A DNA stretch of 64,000 nt from assembly GCF_006345805.1 (NCBI RefSeq), contig NC_043010.1, forward strand, positions 53,630,001 to 53,694,000, written 5' to 3'. The DNA is from Octopus sinensis. Its lineage: Eukaryota. Of the stretch, positions 52,545-64,000 are shown in pieces (within the stretch, counting starts at the first letter, position 1; every line of letters begins with the position of its first letter). A model generated the notes under the pieces. That model worked only from the letters and a program-made list of their open reading frames with translations. It had not been told where the DNA came from and searched no databases. The position numbers were made by a program, and so were the translations under genes.

Positions 52545-52575
<31 letters not shown>

Positions 52576-53591
52576 ATTATATTTATATTATATAAACATC
52601 TCTCGCTTCCTCACGTTCCTTATATAAATATATATATAATGTATATATGTGTGTGCATGATATACATACTTATTCGTGTAGTAATAGTTTTCCTATTGTA
52701 TGTATTATGTCTATTTCCATTGAGATTCTTTTCTTTAACATCTCTTGTATTTTACACACAGTCACATGAATGATCTGATATTTTTACTTCTATGTTTGCG
52801 CTATTACACTCATGGTTTGTTTTTTATAGCTGTGCGTGGTATTGTTTCTTACTATTGTCTTATTCGCTCTCTCGCACAAATGCATATTTGAAATGTCTCC
52901 ATCGCATCGTCTATTTTCCATCCACCGTGTATTGATTAACCACTTGCTTTTGGATTAGACTTGTTTTGTATTCATTGTTGATGCCTTTTTTTTCTCTTGT
53001 TTTGTCTTTTGCCGTTCAAAAATGGACGCCAAAAATGACGCGATCGAGCGAGCAATAAATGCAAGAAAACAATAAGAAATAAATGAAGAATGAAGAAACA
53101 GACGAATGCTAAATAAAATGTGAAAGGGAGAAGGAAAGAAAATAAGTAAGAATCAAGGAGCTGCCGAAAAAAGAAACGCGTTTCGTTGAATTTCAAAAGA
53201 GCTATGTTAGACCAAATGGCTCAATAAGAGAAACGTATAGTAGCAGATGAGACAATTTAAAATGCTAAGAAAAGAAATGAAAACGCATGGAATATTGTGT
53301 AAAAAAAAAGAAACATTTATGTAATGAAAGAGACGGGATACGACTGAAAGAAACGTATAAACGAAGGGAAGAAAACATCAAAGTATATGTAAAAGTGTTA
53401 TAAATGAAACTACGAGAAAACGGATATGTTGAGAAACTAACAAGCGCGGAAATATATTGATGTGAAAGAATGAAAGAGAAATGAAGGATAAATATTGAAG
53501 AAAGAAAGAAAGAAATGGATGAAAAAAAAAATGCTTTCAAGAATAGAACAACGAGAAATATAAATAAGGATATGAATGAGAAAGAAATATG

Positions 53592-53628
<37 letters not shown>

Positions 53629-53637
53629 AAAATAAAA

Positions 53638-53681
<44 letters not shown>

Positions 53682-54524
53682 TGATAATAAAATGGAAGAT
53701 AAATACAAAATACATGACAGATAAAAATGAGAAGAATTAATAATATATGGCTGAAATGAAACGTAATTTTCAAGGAGATTTGAGATAGGAGATTGTGACA
53801 TTCATTAGTCTCTAACATCAAACAACAACAACAACAACAACAACAACAGCAACAACAACAGTCTACCAATAAAATATCAGCAAAAAAAAAACATAACAGA
53901 ACGTGAAGCCAATGAAAAAAAATAAATAAGAGAAAACAAGGCGATGCAACTAGATTAGTATTCTCGTCTTACACTTCGGCGATCCCCTTCGTATATAAAG
54001 AAAAAGAATAAAAAAATATTCGAATGAAAGATATACATTATTTATCAAATGTCCGAACGTTGAATATCTCCAGTCAAATGATGTGTTAACATAGTAAAAT
54101 CTTTTCAACTCACGCTTTATGGATGACATCATTTTTTTTTCTTCTATTCATTTGTTTATTTATTATATATATTTTCTCTTTTTTTTGGGGGGGGGGGTGA
54201 GGTTGTGCTTTTGTGTTTACATTTATTTGTTCGTTGTATGTTTTTTTATTTTTTACTTTTTAATTTCATGACATTCAATGGTCAGAATAAGAACAGCCAA
54301 CGTTTGCATGTGTAATTAATTATGTATGCTATATCTGGCCATTGTGAGACGGCTGGTTTTTCAGTAGTCTTTATTTAGATCCGAAGTAATGTAATCCATA
54401 GAAAATGTAAATATTCTAAATAACAACGAAACACAGTATGACTTAACTCTCGTCTTGTCTTGTTTTTACACATAGGCATACACACACATATATAGATGTG
54501 TGTATATATACATATGTGTTTGTA

Positions 54525-54564
<40 letters not shown>

Positions 54565-55026
54565 CATATATACAAGTTCCAACATACTGTGTTAATAGAG
54601 GTGGAGAGTTGCTCACGTCACACGTTGAATATGAGGTGGAATTTTTGCTTGATAATTTGTAAATGCATGTATACATACGTAGATATAAAATCAACAAATG
54701 AGATCGAGAAAATCTAAATACAGAAAAAGAAAACACTTGTAGAAGAACCCAAAAGATTTGAACTTAGACACCAAGGTCTTCACCGAAGACCAAATCAGCA
54801 GAGTAAAAAGTGGCTATGAGGGGAATCCAAATAAGCAGATATGGAGACAATGATTCATATTTACAGATAATCTCATGGGTTTTAATTTAAAAAATATATG
54901 TACATCTATGCATCTAAAAAGAGAAGGCATACTAGAAAATTTCAGATAATAAAACAATCTACTATATCATTATGATATGACGTATAATATTATAATATAA
55001 CATAGATATCATTATAATACGACATA

Positions 55027-55192
55027 GGCGCAGGACTGGCCGTGTGCTAAGTATCTTGCTTACGAACCATATGGTTCCGGGTTCAGTCCCATTGCATGGC
55101 ATCTTGGGCAAGTGTCTTCTACTATAGCTTCGGGCTGACCAAAGCCTTAGAGTGGATTTGATAAACGGAAACTGAAAGAAGCCAGTCGTATA

Positions 55193-55231
<39 letters not shown>

Positions 55232-55438
55232 ATATGTATGTGTAAGTATATGTGTGTGTGTCTGTGTTTATCTCCCATCATCGCTTGACAACAGAAACTG
55301 GTAAGTTAGCGGTTCGGCAACAGAGTCCAGCAGAATACGTACTACGATTACAAAGAATAAGTGCAGGGGTCGATTTGTTCAACTAAAAGTGGTGCTCCAG
55401 AATGGGTGCAGTGAAATGACTGAAACAAAGAAAAGAAT
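55027..55438 (+). mobile_element. Family A SINE
   Basis: Full-length homology. It shares its upstream flank with 18781-19182. Confidence 0.85.
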
Positions 55439-55719
55439 GAATATATATAAATACATATATATGACTGCATGATAATATATCATAATAATATATTCATTCT
55501 CCGTATTGAAGCGACAATTTTTATATACAAACAAATGACAGAAATTGATGTGATAGTTTGGCCAATCGGATGTGCAAGGCGCCATGTAACCATTGAATTG
55601 TTGGTTCGATTCTGCCTGGGGTTAGCTCGTCATATTATATAATACAGTATTATTATACTATGGGTCTCCCATACTAGCTTTCTCTCCGTAACTTACAAAG
55701 CCTTCCGGATTTGTTTATG

Positions 55720-55866
55720 AAAAAAGCCAAAACACACAGATTTATTAGTATAACAGTCGGGAATTAAAAAAGTATTTAACGTTTCGAGCCTACGCTCTTC
55801 CACAGAAAGGAACACAGAAAGAAACAATGAGAAAAAAATGTATGTAGTGCTTAGCGATCTATCATG
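55720..55866 (-). mobile_element. Penelope-like terminal fragment with variant hammerhead motif
   Basis: Minus strand TTT-CTGTGGA-A-GAGC-GTAG-GCTC-GAAA-CG-TT-AAA; homologous to 26955-27152. Confidence 0.6.
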
Positions 55867-56002
55867 ATAGATCCTGTCTCCTCTCATAACCAAGGAACAT
55901 CTCTGATGGACTTTCTACCATTCTGCCCTTTACGGATTCTCTTTTGGACTTTCTACACTCCAGCTGCACCTCTCCTGCCTATTGATTACTCTGGACTCTT
56001 CT

Positions 56003-56030
<28 letters not shown>

Positions 56031-56033
<3 letters not shown>

Positions 56034-56303
56034 AAAAAACAAGTCAAGATAGAAAATGCTAAAATAATTTTATAAAGAACATTTCAGTACCGGTTTCAGT
56101 CATTTGATACCTTTTCAACTGTAACGATTAAATAATTAAATTTAGAAAAAGTAAAAGAAAAGTTTTGAAAATAAAATATTTGTATAATGTTCAAATATAA
56201 GTCGCATTTTCCTTGTTTCTGTCTTTCTCTGTCTCTCTTGTTTACATTTGTGGGTTCGAGGTTGTTGTGAATTCTTGATAGGGAAGAAGAAAAAGAAGAA
56301 GAA

Positions 56304-56305
<2 letters not shown>
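56031..56305 (-). mobile_element. Solo pLTR fragment of the 14769-16150 Penelope family
   Basis: Matches 14769-14933 directly and 15890-15970 in reverse. It carries CAG-TTGAAAA-GGTA..GACT-GAAA-CCGG-TA-CTG and is flanked by (TA)n. Confidence 0.85.
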
Positions 56306-56347
<42 letters not shown>

Positions 56348-57148
56348 TCACACGTATGCACACATGTATATACATGTGTGTCTATGTCTGTGTATCGTAC
56401 AGTGGCTGACCGACATTCGCAGGGACATATAGGGCTATAGGCGTATTCAAAGCAGTACACAAACTGAAGATATTGTAAAGCATTTCAATTTAACTTAATT
56501 TGTTAATTCCAATCGCAAACCGCATTTACTCTTCCACGTACGCAGCTGCAGTATTAGCATCACTGATATCAATGAGATTTCAACATCACTGTTATCAATG
56601 GGATTTCAACGTTGATCTATCAGGTAATTTGTAAAGCAGAAAAGTAGCATTTACTTACATTCAGAGAACGCAGACGACATCCATCACATTTGTATTACAA
56701 GTGACTTGAATAGACAAACTTAAACGTAAGCAATATATTTAATTACAACCGAGTGCAATCGTCTGAAAGATAATTTACCGCTTCAGGTACAAATAAGTTT
56801 TATATTCAAATAAATGAAGACAATGTCAGATTATTCATTGATTACATATATATGCTTATTCAGGAGAATATGAATATAAACAAACTTCTTTCAAGCATAC
56901 ATTTCTCTCATTGATATCAGCACAAATGTTCACTGTGCTCACTATATTACAGATGCAAAACAATCGCATATAAGTACATACATATAGAGATACAAACATA
57001 TATACGTATATATAAATACATAAATGTATATACATATATATACATATATATATATATTATATATATATATATTTATTATATATATATATATACGAATATA
57101 TATGCATAAATATATGTAAAACGAATTGTATATATATATATCTATGTA

Positions 57149-57265
<117 letters not shown>

Positions 57266-57270
57266 CCTAT

Positions 57271-57301
<31 letters not shown>

Positions 57302-57539
57302 TATATCTAAATATATACACATGTATATATACTTATGTGAGTGTGGAGGGGTGTATATACGCTGGTAAATGCTGATATGTATACACTGCCAATGTCTATT
57401 AAAATCTCTAATATTGTATGAAAACGATGTGGGAGTCTTGTGGGCGAGCATGGACTTCAATGGATGTGATTTGGGTTGTAGATTTTTACATATATGCTTG
57501 TAAATATTCCTACCATTGCTAATGCTACGCATAGACAAC

Positions 57540-57592
<53 letters not shown>

Positions 57593-57648
57593 TACAGATA
57601 TACATTCATTTGTATATTTACGTATATATATATATATATATACACGTG

Positions 57649-57744
<96 letters not shown>

Positions 57745-57773
57745 GCTGATCATTCCCTCTCTGTCTCTCTATG

Positions 57774-57812
<39 letters not shown>

Positions 57813-58066
57813 CATACATATGCACATATTGCATATCTATGAAGTAGAGGATAGAGAAAGCATGTATACATTCCAAGTTGTATTTCAATTCATATAAACG
57901 AAGTATAATTTCAATGAATATGCCCGCCAACTATTAGGAAATTAAATAGTGGACACGGACGAAGCGTCATACACTCACTGAAGCACTCAAACACTTATGC
58001 ATATACAAACATACATGCGTACATACATACATTAATACACATACATAGATACATACACACGCATGC

Positions 58067-58110
<44 letters not shown>

Positions 58111-58476
58111 TATACATAGATATGAATGCACACTCACACACATACACAGATATATATTGATATCTATATATAAATCCTCTTGTGAATATGATGTGCTATA
58201 TCACATATCCTTACATTCATGCTACAGTAAATCTTGAACAAACTTCTGCACTGAAGTCTATACGCTCCTATCATTCGCTTACCCACCACTGAGCTCTGCC
58301 TTTAACTTTCTCTTTGCGGAAGTAATTTTTGCCGTCTTAATATTAATATGTATTTGGACATATAACCATTCAAACAATTATGGGTGTAAGTATCATGTAT
58401 CCGCAGATATTGCATTATACATACACAGGCACACACGCACACATATGCCTGTCTATATGTATGTATATATATATAT

Positions 58477-58576
58477 NNNNNNNNNNNNNNNNNNNNNNNN
58501 NNNNNNNNNNNNNNNNNNNNNNNNNNNNNNNNNNNNNNNNNNNNNNNNNNNNNNNNNNNNNNNNNNNNNNNNNNNN
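58477..58576. other. Assembly gap (100 N)
   Basis: Run of N. Confidence 1.
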
Positions 58577-58736
58577 CCGTATGGAATTGTGAGGAGATTA
58601 CTATTTAGTGAGGAACTGGTGTCAGGTTCGTTATTATTACTGGTGTTAAGATTAGTATTTGTTAAAGAGCTGACGGTTACGTTGTGGGGTTGTATAATAC
58701 GATAATTATTTGCCCAGTGGTATATTCTGTCGTTCA

Positions 58737-58930
58737 GAGTATGTGTCCGATCCATCTCCATTTTCTTCGTCTAATCTGAACATGCATGGGCTCCTGGTTG
58801 ACCCTTTCCCAAAGGTCGGTGTTTGGCACTCTGTCGAACGACTTCAGATGGAGGGTCTGTCGTAAACATTTTTGTTGATGAAGGTGTGGATCTCAGCCGT
58901 AATTTTTGACGGCACGGGACCAGCTTGTAG
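58737..58930 (-). pseudogene. RTE-clade LINE ORF fragment (post-RT region)
   Basis: ITAEIHTFINK, then after a frameshift NTDLWERVNQEPMHVQIRRRKWRWIGHIL, a characteristic RTE motif. Confidence 0.8.
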
Positions 58931-59459
58931 CAATATAAATTAAAGCCTATATTTCATGATTTAACGATGTCAGTTCAGGCGGTGAACTGCTATGAATGTC
59001 AACGTTGAAGCTGAGTTTCTATATTTATTAATATAACTTAAGTGGCATTTTGTTTTCCTTAACAATTATTTCAATTACCTTATTATAGGCGATTCAATTA
59101 AACATTCCCTGGACCGTTACGTACATGACTTTAGACGATCTAAAGTTACGGTAAAAGACGCTGGACTGCAGTGCAGTAGGATCGAGTCTGAGTCGATGTA
59201 GTTGGAAAGGACCATTTTTTCCTTGCAACGATGTCTCGTTAAATCACTTAACCAAATAATAATATTGACATCGAGTATTCTAACAGATTGTGTGACACAA
59301 TAATTCTATGAATATTTCTAAATAATTCAGAAATACTCAAGAGATTGAAGAAATTAGATTACCTGCAAAATAAAGAATATTAATGGTTAACATAATTAGA
59401 ATAATTTTTGTTTAATTAATTTTTTTAGAAGGGAAATATATTTTCAAATAAATTACTTG

Positions 59460-59475
59460 CAAGAGAGAGCGATTA

Positions 59476-59507
<32 letters not shown>

Positions 59508-59639
59508 GCGGGAGAGCGAAATAAGGGGAGAGAAATGGAGAGGGAAAGGAGAAAGAGGAGAGAAATGGAGGGAGAGAGGCATAGAGATAGAAAGAGAAAA
59601 TGAGTAAGAGATAGAGAGTGGGAGAGACAGAGACAAGGT

Positions 59640-59676
<37 letters not shown>

Positions 59677-59979
59677 AGACACGAGGAAAGAAAGAGAGAA
59701 AGGACATATATGTGAGAAACAGAGCAATAGAGATGTAGGTGATGGACGCACGAGTGAAAGGCAGAGTCAGAAGGAGAGAGAGAGGAAAAGAGTAAACCTT
59801 GGGGAGAGAGTGTGTGAAGATGAGAGAGGTTGAGATCAAGCGACAGAGAGTAAAGGAGACAGCGAGCAGAAGGAGATACAAGAAGAGACAACGAGAAAGA
59901 AAGCCAGATGAGTGACATACATACAAGGGAAAGACAGAGACAGACCAAGTAACAGAAAGAGTGAGAGACATATATGAAC

Positions 59980-60013
<34 letters not shown>

Positions 60014-60065
60014 AGCGATAATCAGAGACATAACGATAGAAAGAGAAAAAGACTGTAAGGGAGAA
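59460..60065. repeat. Degenerate (GA)n-rich low-complexity tract
   Basis: About 600 bp of purine-rich sequence on the plus strand. Confidence 0.9.
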
Positions 60066-60508
60066 TAGAAATATTTGTTAACAGAATCTGATTAAAAATG
60101 AATGGGATTTGATGTAAATTTAAACTAAATTACAAAAATCGAAAACAAATCGAGATGAATAATATAAAAATGTTATCATATTTTTCCTCCTCTTTTGCGA
60201 TTTCAGTTACAGAGAATAATACTTTTTTTTTCTTTTTTGTAGATTTGACATAATTAGATTCCTTTTTTTTTTCCATTTCAACAACATAAATATTTCAAAA
60301 CAGTAAACAAAGACCTCGGTCTATAAAGGAAGAGATGTTAAATTTTCCATTATCAACACCAGAAAATCAGATGTATAAATGAAATGATATACATAAATGT
60401 ATGCATTCAGTCACACACAAAACACATCTCTGTACACGTAAATACACTACAAATACTTGCGAGAGCATACACACATAGAGACAAACACACTAACACACAT
60501 ATGTGGTG

Positions 60509-60547
<39 letters not shown>

Positions 60548-60721
60548 ATATAAAAAGAGTGAGAGAGAGAGTGAGAGACAGGTTGAAAATACTGAGTAAA
60601 AGTGGAAAATGAGTCAAAATTATGTACATATGCATGTATGCGTATGTGTATGTATGAATGTGTATGTATGTATGTATGTATGTATGTATGTATGTATATA
60701 TATATATATATATATGTGGTG

Positions 60722-60938
60722 TGTGTGTGTGTGTGTGTGTGTGACCGCGTGTGTATCGTTGGCGATTTATTTTTCCTCCATCTTCTCTTCCTTGAATCTT
60801 TCCTTGTCCTATTTTTCTGACGCTCGAAACGTTAAATCCTCCTTCCTTCTTTCCGTTCTTGAGCGTCCAATAACACTATACTTGTTCCACGTCCTCGCGT
60901 TGTTGTGTTTTGTCTTTGTGTTTTCATATTTCGATTAA
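60722..60938 (+). mobile_element. Penelope-like terminal fragment, hammerhead stem II deleted
   Basis: Reverse-complement homolog of 17823-18026. It reads TTT-CTGACG|CTC-GAAA-CG-TT-AAA (10-nt deletion). Confidence 0.7.
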
Positions 60939-61376
60939 TTATATATATATATATACACATACATGCATATCTTTATATAATAAACTATTAAGCGTATGGC
61001 GAAACATGTTTCATTCTCTGAATTCATATGTGGACCTAAATATACAAACATATGTTTTCGCAGAATATGCTTCTGTATATATGTTTAACTAAATATCTAT
61101 TGTTGCAGGGATTCATGAGGTAAATTTGACAAGAGAAATTTAGACAAAGGGAAGAAACAGAACGATCCCATTTTACATCAAGTCCTTCGCACCTGCACTT
61201 TTAAGTCAATACATCTCTGTTGTTAAAATACTTATTTGTATTAGAAAAAAACATCATGTTTAAGTGTTTAAGTGACCAGGGTGCATTCACTCTGATATTC
61301 ATCACAACAAAGGTGTTCATTGTAAAAGACCCTGTGTGAATATATGTATGTATGTGTGTGTTTGTGTAAGCGCATA

Positions 61377-61416
<40 letters not shown>

Positions 61417-61507
61417 CTGTATCTCAGCATTAGAAGGCTGGAATTGTTTTGCAAGGTAAACAGACCCTCATCGCTGTATACACCTCCCAATATATGAACG
61501 TAGAATA

Positions 61508-61550
<43 letters not shown>

Positions 61551-62165
61551 GACTAGGTTGGTTACAATATATACATATATAATATATAAGCGTGTGTCTG
61601 CATGTGTCGTGCATGTCTCATGACTAGATACTAACGAAACATCCAGAGTTGTGAACGGTCCTGTCTGGCCAAAAATGACTCCAAGGAGCAATAAATATAT
61701 ATAACTAACATATTTGCAAATATTTGCCTTTAGAATGAGAACAGAAATTCACATTGCATACAAATACATAACACAGAATGTCGATGCTTGTTGCTATTCG
61801 AAACCCAGCTGTTTACATAGAGAACGATCACTAAACGAATTAGTATTATTGTATACTTGTTCGTGCAAGTATTTCATTTTACGTCGATTTAATAGTCTAA
61901 CGTTGATTCCGACAAAACACTCACGTTTCTCCTTGGGTAAAGATTTATTTTTACATCAAAACCCTCGTTCATTTAGTTATATTTATGTGACTTCTTTTTT
62001 AGCATTTATCCTTTAATACGAATTTATCTTTATTGACTGATCGTTTAAGTACACTATGATACTTTTTTATGTATCTACATGATTGTTTTTTTACAAGTAA
62101 TTCGAGAAACGTTGGTGTATACGCGTGTGTGGTTGTGGGTATATATATATATATAATATATATAT

Positions 62166-62222
<57 letters not shown>

Positions 62223-62450
62223 TTATATATCCGTATACAAATATATGCACACATACATATATATGCGTGGACATATTCGCATACACACATACATATATTA
62301 TATGTATGTATATTAAGTATACACACACACACACAATATGTATATATATATATATATATATATTTATACATATATACATTGTATATACATGTATACAATG
62401 ATATATGTTTGTGTGTCTGTCTATCTATCTATGTATGTATGCATGTATGT

Positions 62451-62488
<38 letters not shown>

Positions 62489-63284
62489 TATATATATATA
62501 TATTATATATATATATATCGTGTTCCAGTTTTCATCACGTCCACCTGATATATTTCTTTTTTTTTGCGTATTCTATGTTTTATTACAATATTTACATATC
62601 TTATTTCTTTAAATTCCTTACTGTAATTGTACACTTTTCATATAAATGTAAAAAAGGAATGCGGGCGGAAATAGGATTAGATATGTTTCAACAGGTCGTT
62701 CCTGCCTTCTTGCTCTGTTATTCTTGTATTAGTATATTATACACACACACAGATCCATATATATTCGGAAGTATCACGTTTACTGTGAGCCGTACGTGCG
62801 GTAATGACACCTCAATATTATATATATATATATATTATATATATATATAATATATATATATTATATATATATATATATGCATACACACGCACTTATATAT
62901 ATATTTTAGACATATTCACGCAGGCGCATTCTAACACACACTCACTTGCATATATAAAAAACGTGTAATATCAATGGCTGTTATCTAGAAAGTTATAAAA
63001 GTCTACGAAGTCAAATCTGAATAAATAAAAATTTCAAGAGAATTAATTTGAGTTGTATCATATGTAAAATATACATAGATCAAATCAAAAGCAAACATAA
63101 AAAAATGAACGATTCTTCTTCTTATTATTAATACTTCTTGAAAAGCATTAATAAGGTCTTTGTTTCTTTTGTGTGTGCATATCTTTAAATTTCCTATGTA
63201 CTTTTCCATATAATGTTCTGACTCCCATCGCTCTGTGTCCCTCTGATTTCCTTCCCTCCATTTCTCTCTCTATGTATTAATCAC

Positions 63285-63672
63285 TCTCTATATAAAGGTG
63301 AAGTTGTCTGTGTATGGCAGGTTTGGTAGCCTTCAACTAACGCTATCTCCTCCGAGACCTTGCGACGCGAGTTGACCAAAATTGAAAGTATGGTAGAAGA
63401 AGGCTTGCTCTTCCTTCCGTAGAAAATAAAATTCAAATCAGACCATGTTAAGACCTAAAATTATTTACATCAAAAGGTGCGTTTTTATAATGAAAATTCC
63501 TATTTTTTACGATTTCTATGACTGCTTCGTCGCCATTTTTCGGTGTACTTCAACCAGAAAAATGTTCACTTAAAGGGAATAACAAGCTACATAATGCATA
63601 TATTTTACTTTTCAAAAATTGCAATTCTAAAGGGTCGAAACAAAGCCGAGCAACCCCTGCTGATACTGCTAG
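63285..63672 (+). mobile_element. Non-autonomous Helitron
   Basis: Starts TCTCTATATAAAGGTGAAG and ends GCCGAGCAACCCCTGCTGATACTGCTAG|T. Termini are related to 46239-46534. Confidence 0.75.
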
Positions 63673-63688
63673 TATATATATATATATA

Positions 63689-63805
63689 CCGGGGTAAACA
63701 CATAAATGTGAAACAAGGTGGAAAAAAGAGTACTCAAATACTTAAAAGCAGCAGAAATCCAACAAAACCTGTTACTCGTTTCACGTTCCCGTTCGTCGGA
63801 GAGTT
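63689..63805 (-). mobile_element. Penelope-like terminal fragment with degenerate hammerhead motif
   Basis: Minus strand CT-CCGACGA-ACG-GGAA-CGT-GAAA-CGAG-TA; the 3' end abuts (TA)n. Confidence 0.45.
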
Positions 63806-63835
63806 TTCTTAAAATGCAGCTTTTAGTAATGTGTA

Positions 63836-63905
<70 letters not shown>

Positions 63906-63915
63906 TAATATAATA

Positions 63916-63956
<41 letters not shown>

Positions 63957-64000
63957 CTATGTATGTATATATATATATATATATGTATGTATATATATAT

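Noticed and set aside
58577-58736. Asn/Ser-rich minus-strand frame next to the gap
   Set aside because: It is cut by the N gap and fused to an RTE fragment. It may be a Penelope ORF piece but cannot be verified.

Overview
AT-rich eukaryotic DNA that looks intergenic or intronic. It is saturated with microsatellites ((TA)n, (CA)n, (TATC)n, trinucleotide arrays) and transposon relics. The SINE and microsatellite make-up resembles an octopus/cephalopod genome (inference). I could not support any host protein-coding gene; almost all listed ORFs are translations of microsatellites or SINEs. Recognisable elements: about 25 tRNA-derived SINEs in several head/tail combinations, many with target-site duplications (TSDs); a young 5'-truncated CR1 LINE; RTE and Dong/R4-like LINE remnants; a Penelope-like element (GIY-YIG endonuclease) with inverted terminal repeats; mariner, Tc1 and Chapaev-type transposase relics; a mariner MITE; two non-autonomous Helitrons; and a 100-N gap. 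The main signal is a dense set (about a dozen) of type-I hammerhead ribozyme motifs carried by short Penelope-like fragments whose 3' ends abut (TA)n tracts. One has a fully canonical core (17198-17280, minus strand), and one family shows a compensatory U3-A8 core. Other oddities are a 71-bp TSD, a 700-bp inverted duplication 35 kb apart, and several long palindromes.
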